Of a stretch of DNA of 64,000 nt, positions 36,039 to 44,500 are shown piece after piece; within the stretch, counting starts at the first letter, position 1; every line of letters starts with the position of its first letter. A program made the position numbers and the translations under genes. The notes beneath the pieces are model-generated. The model searched no databases and had not been told where the DNA came from. It saw nothing but the letters and a program-made list of their open reading frames with translations. The DNA lies in assembly GCA_026984035.1 (NCBI GenBank), contig JALSSW010000071.1:230-64229 (forward strand). Reading direction: 5' to 3'. The stretch comes from Planctomycetota bacterium. Lineage in GTDB: Bacteria; Planctomycetota; UBA1135; GCA-002748355.

Positions 36039-38791
36039 TTCGATTCCTTTTTCTTTCCACCCGCCCCGTGGGTTTCCAACTGAACCGAGGGAAGGGAACC
36101 CAGGATCTCTAAGAGCTGGCGAACTTCATTGGAACGCCCGGCCCTTTCCAGTATTTCAATGCGAGCCAACAGCAAATCGGGATTACCTTTATGCCCAAAC
36201 TTATGCAAAAGAGCATCTGTGCGTTTCAGTTGTAACAACGCAGGTTCCGTTTCACCTTTTTTGGAGAGATCCAAAGCCATCTCCCTGCCGATCCGACGAC
36301 AAAAGTCCAAGACTGCTTCTCTGGAATCAGAGGAAAGCTGCCCCGACAGCAAAGTCTTCATTCCCAGATCGAAGGCTTCTCTTTTTTTCTCCAGGAGGAG
36401 GAGCCTGCGCATCTCCTCCATCACAGAAGGAGATGATGCAAGGAAATCTTCGGGAACGGCATAGACAATGACCCCAGCTTCGTCGGAGACAAAGAGGAGG
36501 CCATTTTTTCCTTTCAAACTAATGGGCGCAGTCCTTTCCTCTCCACCCTTCTCCAGAGGGGGGAGTTGGTAGCTCCCCAGTTGAACCCCAGTGCGCCCAT
36601 CAAAAACCTGAATCCCATTGTCCATGGGCAAAAACACCTGCCCTCCCAAGGCGAGGCCTCTTCCGAAAAGTGGATCACTTAGAGTGGATTCAAAAAGACG
36701 CTTCCCTGTGCGGATATCAACTCCTTGGATTGCAGTCCCAACGAGAAAAATGCGCCCATCATCCGGCCCCAACACCTGGTGGAAACTTTCGCTCCTCGTT
36801 CCTCTCTCATAGCGAGGGAGTTGCCACTCGACCTTGCCGGAGAAGCGATTCAGGCAAAGGAGGACATCCGAATCAACGGGAGCGACAATGAGGTTGTCCC
36901 CGGAGATCAAGGGAAGAGAGGGGAAAAACTTTCGCAGACGGATCTTTTGAACCCCGTAGAAGGTCCGCCTTGCCCGAACCGTAGCCTTAGGTTTGGGCTG
37001 CACAGGATCCCAGGTTTCATAACGCCGAAACCATAGGAGTTCGAGATTAGGGGCTCGAAATGCCGCGACCCCACCGCTGTTGGTTAGAAAATAGAGAATA
37101 TTGCCCTGCGCCACCAGTGGGACTGGGGGAGGCAGGAGGAGTTCACTACCTCCACTATGGACGGGAACAATCGAAAGAAGCTCACCGTCCTTTGGATCAA
37201 TTTTCGCGACAGAAAACTCTCGATCCACTTGGACCGGCGCAAAGAGCCAGTCTCCAAGGGAAATCGGCGGGGCCAAGAAAAAAACTCTCCTGCCCCCCTT
37301 CAGCTTGGGTCGTAGATTCCAAAGTTCTTTTCCTTTTGATGCGTCATAGCAAATCAGGGAATTGCGATATTGCATCCCCCCGACCCCTCCCTGCCCCAGA
37401 GGAACGCGGTAGCTTCCCAGAAAATAGAAAAAGGATCCATGGGGAGTCACCCTCGAGGTCACCCTCTGCTGGGCAAAGTCCTTTGCAGGGTTTCGATATG
37501 CAAGGGTCTGTTGCCGCAACCGGCTCACAGGCCGAAAAAACGAACTTTTTTTCCCAGATTCCGGATCCTTGGGCCAAACAAATACAAGCTTTCCTGTCTC
37601 TTCATCCAAGCCCACAAGCCGCATGTGATCCTTGATGAGCAAAACGTTTCGCCCATGAACCCTTGCAAAGCTAAGAGGGAGACCTGCCCGAAAGCTTTTG
37701 TTATCAGGGACCTTGGTCCCCCCAGATCCCGAGAAAAAAACAGTCCCCCCTCTTCGATTCCCCTTGACCTTACCCAAGCCATACGGATCCTGCACCAGGC
37801 AACGGAACTCCCAGAGAGGAACAAAATCGAAGGCAGAGAACCCAGCATCCACATCTTTTCGTCTCTCCTCCAAACGACCCCGGAGGGCAAAGGCTTCGTG
37901 CTCCCCCAGCTTCGTCAGGGGGACCAGCTCTCCATGAACCCTTACCGAACCTCCAGGATCCATGTGAACGAGAGCCTTAAGGTGCCGACCCCAGCCATCT
38001 TCATTTCCCAAAAGAGCGGCAAGATGGGCCTGCCGCACATGGATCATGATTTGAACATTACGGCTTGGATCCGGGTAATTCTCGAGGATCCTTTCTCGAA
38101 CCAGATATGCCTCTCCCAAACGCCCCTCGGCTTCAAACAGATCCGCCAGCAACATTCCGACCCTAGCTCCATAGCTGCTCGGAAGGTAGAGCTCAAAAAG
38201 CCGCTGGAGTTCTCCTTCATCCAAGGATTCCGCTGCATTGAGGTAGCGGTCCTTCACCTTTGGATCCACCAGCAAACGAAAGGCTTCTAAGCCTTCTTTG
38301 GGAAGGGAAGCCAAAAGTTTCTGGCAAAACCGAGCCAAAGGAAAAAAAAGCCGGTTGTCCTCGCTGTAAAACACCTTAAAGGGATCGCTCTTGCCAAAGC
38401 GTTCATCCTCCCCTAAGGCTTTTCCTTCCATTACCTTCTGGAGATCCCCAATGCCTTCATCCCATTTCTTTTTGGCAAAGAATTCCATGGCCTTGTCAAG
38501 GACCCGGTTGAGGTCATTATTTTCCGGAACGGTCAGACTTCCCCCCTCATCTTCTTTCTTCGAGCCCTGCTGCAGGACCCTCCCTCCTTTCCCCAATATC
38601 ACCTGCCCTTGGGCCTTTGGAGAAGACTGCAACGGGGGAAAAAGGGGGAAACCGAGCAAGAGACCGAGGAAAAACAAAATTCGAGAGATTCTCCCTCGGC
38701 AAAAAACGAAAGAGTGAAGGGCCATCCAGAAAGTTGTTGGAGATTTTCGCATCAAGTTTGGAGAGGAGGTCCATCCCCTCGAAGATTCCAC
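36035..38791 (-). CDS. Secreted TPR-like / PQQ-type beta-propeller / TPR-like protein
   Basis: 918-aa ORF. The start is uncertain (38791, 38752 or 38725), with a hydrophobic leader ILFFLGLLLGFPLFPP. The central region has PQQ/BamB-like blades (GKELWNL, LELLWFRRY, GKVEWQL, FLVGTAIQGVDIRTGKRLF, LGGQVFLPMDNGIQVFDGRTG). Confidence 0.65.
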   Translation of the reverse strand: MESSRGWTSSPNLMRKSPTTFWMALHSFVFCRGRISRILFFLGLLLGFPLFPPLQSSPKAQGQVILGKGGRVLQQGSKKEDEGGSLTVPENNDLNRVLDKAMEFFAKKKWDEGIGDLQKVMEGKALGEDERFGKSDPFKVFYSEDNRLFFPLARFCQKLLASLPKEGLEAFRLLVDPKVKDRYLNAAESLDEGELQRLFELYLPSSYGARVGMLLADLFEAEGRLGEAYLVRERILENYPDPSRNVQIMIHVRQAHLAALLGNEDGWGRHLKALVHMDPGGSVRVHGELVPLTKLGEHEAFALRGRLEERRKDVDAGFSAFDFVPLWEFRCLVQDPYGLGKVKGNRRGGTVFFSGSGGTKVPDNKSFRAGLPLSFARVHGRNVLLIKDHMRLVGLDEETGKLVFVWPKDPESGKKSSFFRPVSRLRQQTLAYRNPAKDFAQQRVTSRVTPHGSFFYFLGSYRVPLGQGGVGGMQYRNSLICYDASKGKELWNLRPKLKGGRRVFFLAPPISLGDWLFAPVQVDREFSVAKIDPKDGELLSIVPVHSGGSELLLPPPVPLVAQGNILYFLTNSGGVAAFRAPNLELLWFRRYETWDPVQPKPKATVRARRTFYGVQKIRLRKFFPSLPLISGDNLIVAPVDSDVLLCLNRFSGKVEWQLPRYERGTRSESFHQVLGPDDGRIFLVGTAIQGVDIRTGKRLFESTLSDPLFGRGLALGGQVFLPMDNGIQVFDGRTGVQLGSYQLPPLEKGGEERTAPISLKGKNGLLFVSDEAGVIVYAVPEDFLASSPSVMEEMRRLLLLEKKREAFDLGMKTLLSGQLSSDSREAVLDFCRRIGREMALDLSKKGETEPALLQLKRTDALLHKFGHKGNPDLLLARIEILERAGRSNEVRQLLEILGSLPSVQLETHGAGGKKKESK

Positions 38792-39024
38792 TCTGAAACT
38801 CCCCGAGAAACCCCAGGGGAGTCATCCCAAGGAGTCAAGTATCTCAAAGAAAGCTTCAAGGATCTGAGGATTCCCCCCCAAGATGGAGATTCAACAGCTC
38901 CAATCCCGCCGGAAGGCTTCCTCGAAAAGTCCGTTATTGTAAGGTATAGGACCCCATTCCTTGCGAAGCTCCTCCAGGAAATCTTTCCCCGGCTTTCGGA
39001 AAAGCCAACAGAAACCAAACGAAA

Positions 39025-41658
39025 ATGAAACAGAGATTCAATCGAGGGTGTCCCTTTCACTCCCTTCTCCCACAAACCTGGCTCATATCCTTGATCCTGG
39101 GGGTTCCTTTTCTGGGGAACGGGCTTCCAAATGCCGGGGCCCAAGTCATCCAAGCCATCAAGATCCAAAAGGCCATCCCGCACCAGGCAAAAAAGAAGCA
39201 AACCCAAAAATCCAAGGCGAAAAAGCCTGACAAAGAACCTAACAAAGAAAAAGAAGCCCAACTCCCCCATGCAAAGCAGGGTTCCAAAACAAAAGTTACC
39301 CCTAAAAAACAAGTCGATGAGGTCATGGACCTCTTGGACAAGGGGATTGAACTGAGCTACCTGAAGCGGTTACAGCTCATCCCCAAGATTCTTCAAGTCG
39401 ATCCCGACACCATCGCAACACGCTTTTTGCCCCTCCTCGAGGGAGACCGAAATCGTTTGAGCCTCAAGGTGCATCGTCTGATCGAAGGTCTTGGAGACCC
39501 CAGATTCCGAAAAAGAGAAGCTGCCCAAAAAGCCATGATCCAAATGGGCCCCAGAATCCTCCCGATCCTGGGGGAACTGCCGAAACCCAAAGATCTCGAG
39601 GTGCAGATCCGCCTCCACTACGTCCTAAAAACCCTCAAGCAAATGGGGAATGAAGATATTGTTCGCCTGGCCCTGCGAGCTCGCCTGATCGCCGAAGCCC
39701 TGGCCTACGCTCCCAACAGTCGCAACCTGGTTGCCTTGGCCAAGGGTCTCAGCCACCTCGACCACCGGGTACGCAAAGCCGCGCTCAACTCCATCATCGG
39801 CCAACTCCGAACCATCCAACCCGATGAAAGGACTGCAGAGGTAATCCGTACCCACTGCCTGGAACTCCTCGAAGGAGAACAACTCGATCTCCGAAATGCT
39901 GCCCTCACCACCCTCGCACTCCTTCCCCAAGGGCGGGACCGCCTTCTCAGGGTTCTCCAGGATCCTCGCTCTGCCACAAGCCTCAGAATCCTTGCGCTTA
40001 ACCTCCTGGTCCATGTGGATGAGAAATCCCGAACCCAGCTCCCCAGCCTTCTAGGCAAGGAAAACCCCGCCTGGATGGGAGAGATTGCCCAAGTATTAGC
40101 AGATGCCCCTCCCACTCCGCCTTCCCCAATCCTGATTAAAGCGCGCATCCGAACCAAAGAGGACCAGGAGATTGCTCTGGACTCCACCATTGAAACTTTG
40201 CTCGGGAATATGATCTTGATTGCCCCGCCCAAAGAGCTGGCACCTCTCGGAACCCTCCTATTTCCCCGCGACGCCATCGAAATCATTGACTTCGATGGAT
40301 CCAAGGCTTCTCCCGAAAAAGGGAAGAGCAAGGACCCCGAAATCCCCCCGAACAAGCATCCGGAGAAAAAACAGGAAGCCCGGGTTCAGCCATCTCTCTT
40401 CCTGGTCCTCAAATCGGGCATGAAGCTCGCGGTCAAGAAACCTTCTTTTGAAGAGGGAGTCCTTTCGGTCCAAACCCTGGGACGCAAACTAAAAATCCCC
40501 CAATCCGAAATCAGGGGATTCCTCAGCCAAACAAAGCGCAAGTTTCTGTTCGGAGGGAGCCGACTCGGCGATCAAATCCGCTTGAAAACCCAAGCCCACA
40601 GCCCAAAAACAGGGAAAATCCTGGCGATCAACGACCAAGGGGTCCTTTTTGGGATCAAAAAAAAGAAATCTCTCATCCCTTGGAATGAGATCGGAACCCT
40701 TCAATTCAAGGTAGGGAACAATCTCGGATTGCAAACCAAGCGTGGAAACCTCGCCCAGTTCGTACAGGTAGATCTCAAGGATGGCCAACGCCTGATCGCT
40801 TTCTTGGCTGATATAAAAAAGGATCGATTCCTTCTGGCTCACCCACTCTTCGGCGCCCTCTCCTTGAGTTTGGATCGGGTGCGAAGGGTTGAACTCGCAA
40901 ATTCCGGCCAGGCACTCGCGGGCTTTACTCTGATCGTGGATTATGGGGAATACAGCGTCAAGGAATTGGATGCCGATGGCAAGGTCGTCTGGTCCATGGA
41001 AGATCTTTTCAGTCCCATGGATGCAGAGGTCCTTCCGAATGGGAACATCCTGATCACCGAACAGGATGAAAATGCAGTTCGCGAATACACCCGAAAAGGA
41101 GATGTGGTTTGGGAGTTCACCGGATGTGAGTCCCCCCGGGAGGCAGACGGCCTGCCCAATGGAAATGTCCTCATCACTGACATGAAGAATCGACGCATCA
41201 TCGAAGTAAACCGGGAGAAAAAAATTGTCTGGTCCTTTGGAGTCAAGCAAGCTGGAACCAAATTTAAACCTTATGATGCTGATAGGCTTGCGAATGGAAA
41301 CACCTTGATCGCTGACTTTGGTGGATCTCGGATCATCGAAGCAAACCCACAAGGAAAGATTGTTTGGCTGCAAAAAAACATCCCTTTCCTTTGGGACGTC
41401 GACCCTTTACCCAATGGAAACATCCTCGCCACCCTCCACAAAGCTGGAACCAAGGTATCCACAGGGAAGGTCATGGAGATCCGGCCAGACCACAAAACTG
41501 CCTGGGAGATCCGCGTAAAAAACCCTTCCGACGCCGATTTGCTTCCTGACGGAACAATCCTGGTAGCCGAGGGGAATGCGGTGAGTCTTTACAATCGGGC
41601 AGGCAAACTCCTGAAGAAATGGAAGACCGATTGGTCCGCCAGAGCAAGTCGTTATTAA
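39025..41658 (+). CDS. Secreted HEAT-repeat protein with four small beta modules and a six-bladed beta-propeller
   Basis: 877 aa. The leader is WLISLILGVPFLG. It has a Lys-rich stretch and HEAT-like helices (DHRVRKAALNSI, DLRNAALTTLALL). C-terminal blades repeat LPNGN[ILV]LI...[IV]VW (EVLPNGNILITE..VVWEF, GLPNGNVLITD..IVWSF, LANGNTLIAD..IVWLQ, LPNGNILAT, LPDGTILVAE). Confidence 0.65.
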   Translation: MKQRFNRGCPFHSLLPQTWLISLILGVPFLGNGLPNAGAQVIQAIKIQKAIPHQAKKKQTQKSKAKKPDKEPNKEKEAQLPHAKQGSKTKVTPKKQVDEVMDLLDKGIELSYLKRLQLIPKILQVDPDTIATRFLPLLEGDRNRLSLKVHRLIEGLGDPRFRKREAAQKAMIQMGPRILPILGELPKPKDLEVQIRLHYVLKTLKQMGNEDIVRLALRARLIAEALAYAPNSRNLVALAKGLSHLDHRVRKAALNSIIGQLRTIQPDERTAEVIRTHCLELLEGEQLDLRNAALTTLALLPQGRDRLLRVLQDPRSATSLRILALNLLVHVDEKSRTQLPSLLGKENPAWMGEIAQVLADAPPTPPSPILIKARIRTKEDQEIALDSTIETLLGNMILIAPPKELAPLGTLLFPRDAIEIIDFDGSKASPEKGKSKDPEIPPNKHPEKKQEARVQPSLFLVLKSGMKLAVKKPSFEEGVLSVQTLGRKLKIPQSEIRGFLSQTKRKFLFGGSRLGDQIRLKTQAHSPKTGKILAINDQGVLFGIKKKKSLIPWNEIGTLQFKVGNNLGLQTKRGNLAQFVQVDLKDGQRLIAFLADIKKDRFLLAHPLFGALSLSLDRVRRVELANSGQALAGFTLIVDYGEYSVKELDADGKVVWSMEDLFSPMDAEVLPNGNILITEQDENAVREYTRKGDVVWEFTGCESPREADGLPNGNVLITDMKNRRIIEVNREKKIVWSFGVKQAGTKFKPYDADRLANGNTLIADFGGSRIIEANPQGKIVWLQKNIPFLWDVDPLPNGNILATLHKAGTKVSTGKVMEIRPDHKTAWEIRVKNPSDADLLPDGTILVAEGNAVSLYNRAGKLLKKWKTDWSARASRY

Positions 41659-41721
41659 AAAGACCAGCTAATTTGCAGCTTCTTTTGTGGCGAGGCCAGG
41701 GAGTAGCTTTGCGTGGTCAAG

Positions 41722-43539
41722 CTAACGCATGTGTTCCTGGGGAGGGATCAGATCCCGGTCTGTCTTGTAATGCGCAAGGAGGATCCCTAATCGTTTCCGT
41801 TGGATTTGTTGCTCATCCTCATCCCCCTCCCGAAGAGAGCGAAGGAATCTGTAAAGGACGGTTTGGTAAACACTTCCATCACCCCAACGAAGATAGAGGC
41901 CCAACCAACCAATCGAAGCATCCAGATCGTTCTGGCTCAAAGCCTTCGCTGCACGTCGATGAGCCAACTTCCTAAGGATGGGGAGAGCCTGCACACCTTT
42001 TTCACCCCGAGCCTCTACAAGAAGGCGAGCTCTGGAGGCCTCGTCGAGGAGGGCTAAGAAATCCCTGGTTTCCTGATCCAGCTCCCTGATTTCCGGTGAT
42101 CCTCCAACAATCAGCTTGGTCCCTTTGACCTGCGCCCCCTTTCCAACTTCCACCATGCGTTCAGCAATGAGATCAAGGAGCTTGGAATAAGCTTCTTCGG
42201 GATAACCGATATCCAAGAGATATTTAGGGTAATCCTCCTCCCACCCCGCTCGTAGCCGAGGGAACGATAACCCAAGGCCTATCGCCAAAAGGAGAGCAAG
42301 CCCAAACTGAAACTTCTCCATCCGAAGACGAAAGATTTTGGCGAACCCTGGATCCTCATCCACCCGCTCTAAAAACTGGATCCTTGCATTGGTGCTGGGA
42401 TGACGAAAACCCGCATTGGCTCCACTCCCGGGAACCAAAAGCTCCCCTTCCTCCAAGCTCTCGATCAAGGGTCCGCTCTCACCCAGAAAGCTCCGGGCGC
42501 TCAAGTCGGCTTCACATTCCAACATCCGACTGAAGCTCCTGTAAAAAGGAAGGAGCAGAATCAGGAAGATACCAAACAAAACCAGCTGAACGTCCTCACT
42601 CGTGCTCGCAAAAAACCAGGGGATCCCAAAAGATAGAAACCAAGGAGTGAGAAGGAAAAAGACAAGGAGGCGGAGCATGTGGTGCTGCCGGACGTGGGCG
42701 ATCTCGTGAGCATAAACCCCAAAAACTTGTCTCGGGCTCAAAAGATCCAACAGAAGATCCGTGAACATGATCAAGCGAGTCCAGCGAAAAAAGCCAACTA
42801 CAGCAGCGTTAAACATCCGCTTCCCAGTCGGCAAAACATAGGCACCGGCAACAGAGGCCTTTGCCTTCTCATCAATCTGCTTAAACCCAGATAAAAGATC
42901 AAGATCCCTTAGGGGCTTTAAACCAAGAATCAACCTCGTCCAAAGAGGCAGCAAAAGGACAAGGATGAAAATGGAAAGTGCAAGCCCTGCACCCAAACCG
43001 AAGCTGAAATCATTCAGGATGGCGCGCAGATGAGGCTCAACACCCATGAGGTCAAAGAGAAGGAGAACGAGTAAAAAGAAGGGAAGGACAAGCCAAGTGG
43101 CCCGGACACGAAACCCGCTGCGCACACTCCCAAAAACCCGAAACTCTCCCAGGAGCAGCAAGAGTTCAAACCAAAGGTAAGGGAGGAGGATCAGCATCTC
43201 CGAAAGAGCTTCGGAATTGCTCGCAACATCGAAGCGCACAAATGACTCCAGCCGAAAAACGCCCCAGATCACATAGCTGAAAACCCAGGGGAGAAAAGGT
43301 AGGGCACTGGTCAGGCCCTTTTCCAATTTTGGCGTCTTTCCAAAGTGGCGAATCACCACCAGAAACTCGAAAAGAAGGAGAATAATGGCTCCACTCAAGG
43401 CTGTAACTGCCAGAGCCCCTTTCCCCTCTCCCGGCATTTGCGGGTCGGTTACCCAACTCGCAAGAGCCCGAAGAAGAAGGGCTCCCAAAAACCAAAAAGG
43501 AAAGATCAAAGCCGAGACCCCGGGCAACAATCCGCCCAT
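41722..43539 (-). CDS. Integral-membrane M48-family (Ste24/HtpX-like) zinc metallopeptidase with C-terminal helical domain
   Basis: 605 aa with multiple TM segments. HEIAHVRQHH (HExxH) is followed by ECEADLSA. The start is uncertain: ATG 43539 overlaps dapF by 34 nt, and a TTG at 43509 would give a TTGA overlap. Confidence 0.7.
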   Translation of the reverse strand: MGGLLPGVSALIFPFWFLGALLLRALASWVTDPQMPGEGKGALAVTALSGAIILLLFEFLVVIRHFGKTPKLEKGLTSALPFLPWVFSYVIWGVFRLESFVRFDVASNSEALSEMLILLPYLWFELLLLLGEFRVFGSVRSGFRVRATWLVLPFFLLVLLLFDLMGVEPHLRAILNDFSFGLGAGLALSIFILVLLLPLWTRLILGLKPLRDLDLLSGFKQIDEKAKASVAGAYVLPTGKRMFNAAVVGFFRWTRLIMFTDLLLDLLSPRQVFGVYAHEIAHVRQHHMLRLLVFFLLTPWFLSFGIPWFFASTSEDVQLVLFGIFLILLLPFYRSFSRMLECEADLSARSFLGESGPLIESLEEGELLVPGSGANAGFRHPSTNARIQFLERVDEDPGFAKIFRLRMEKFQFGLALLLAIGLGLSFPRLRAGWEEDYPKYLLDIGYPEEAYSKLLDLIAERMVEVGKGAQVKGTKLIVGGSPEIRELDQETRDFLALLDEASRARLLVEARGEKGVQALPILRKLAHRRAAKALSQNDLDASIGWLGLYLRWGDGSVYQTVLYRFLRSLREGDEDEQQIQRKRLGILLAHYKTDRDLIPPQEHMR

Positions 43540-44498
43540 CCATCGGGACCAAAGCGAAGCCTAACCCTGCCCTCGAACACCTTGTGTGCCGGCCCAACCA
43601 TGAGAACCCCACCATCCTTCTTCCAAGTGATCTCCAGTGTTCCTCCCCGCAAATGCACAGAAATCGCCTTCCCCTTCTCAAAAAAGCCCCGATCCACCGC
43701 AGCCACCGCAACAGCGCTTGCCCCCGACCCACAGGCAAGTGTCTCTCCCGAGCCCCGCTCATAGGTTCTCTGAACGATCCCATCCCCATGGACAAACACG
43801 AATTCCACATTGGTCCGATCCGGAAAGGCCTCCCCTGACTCCAACCCCGGTCCCCAGCGTTCCAAATCCAGAGTCTCCGGATCGGAGGATAAAAAAACAA
43901 CGAGGTGAGGATTGCCGACAGACAAAACCGAGCCCTCTATTTTTTCCCCGGAAATTTCCAAGCCAACCCGGATCGGACGGTCTCCACCTCCACCCAAAAC
44001 CTCCAGATCCTTTCCCGCAACAAAAGGGATCGCAGCCGCGTCAAAGACAGGAACTCCCATCTCCACCACAACCTTGTCAATACGCCCTTCGTTTCCCACA
44101 AAACGCAAGGTTTTCACCCCTGAATCCGTCCCCACCTCCAGACGTTCCGGCGGCCCCGATGGATCCCTCTGGGCAAGATATTTCCCAACACAACGCAGAG
44201 CATTGCCGCAGAGGCTCCCCAGTGAACCATCCGCGTTGTACATCCACATTCTGGGGCGGCCGGCTTCTTCCCCGATCAGCACAAGCCCATCCCCCCCCAC
44301 GCCAAAGTGCCGGTCACTCAGCCGTTGCGCAAGAATAGAGACGTTCCTCCGAATCCTTTCCGCATCCTCCACGCAGCTGAGATCCACGTAGATATAGTCA
44401 TTCCCCAACCCTTCCCATTTCTCGAAGGGAAGCAACAGCTCCTGCAACTCCCGCCCTTTCCGAGATCCCCGATCCTCATCATTGGAGTACGCTCCCAT
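43506..44498 (-). CDS. dapF: Diaminopimelate epimerase
   Basis: FEKWEGLGNDYIYVD, SLCGNALRCVG, SVGNPHLVVF and TLACGSGASAVAVAA contain both catalytic Cys motifs. The start lies 2 nt after the upstream stop. Confidence 0.85.
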   Translation of the reverse strand: MGAYSNDEDRGSRKGRELQELLLPFEKWEGLGNDYIYVDLSCVEDAERIRRNVSILAQRLSDRHFGVGGDGLVLIGEEAGRPRMWMYNADGSLGSLCGNALRCVGKYLAQRDPSGPPERLEVGTDSGVKTLRFVGNEGRIDKVVVEMGVPVFDAAAIPFVAGKDLEVLGGGGDRPIRVGLEISGEKIEGSVLSVGNPHLVVFLSSDPETLDLERWGPGLESGEAFPDRTNVEFVFVHGDGIVQRTYERGSGETLACGSGASAVAVAAVDRGFFEKGKAISVHLRGGTLEITWKKDGGVLMVGPAHKVFEGRVRLRFGPDGWADCCPGSRL

Positions 44499-44500
44499 CC

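Noticed and set aside
37370-38290. 306-aa plus-strand ORF opposite the PQQ/TPR gene. ORFs 61222..62145, 43637..44338, 43166..43900 and 28780..29415 are similar cases.
   Set aside because: All are embedded in longer ORFs with recognisable domains on the other strand or frame, and all have low-complexity P/S/R/G-rich translations. I treated them as shadow ORFs.
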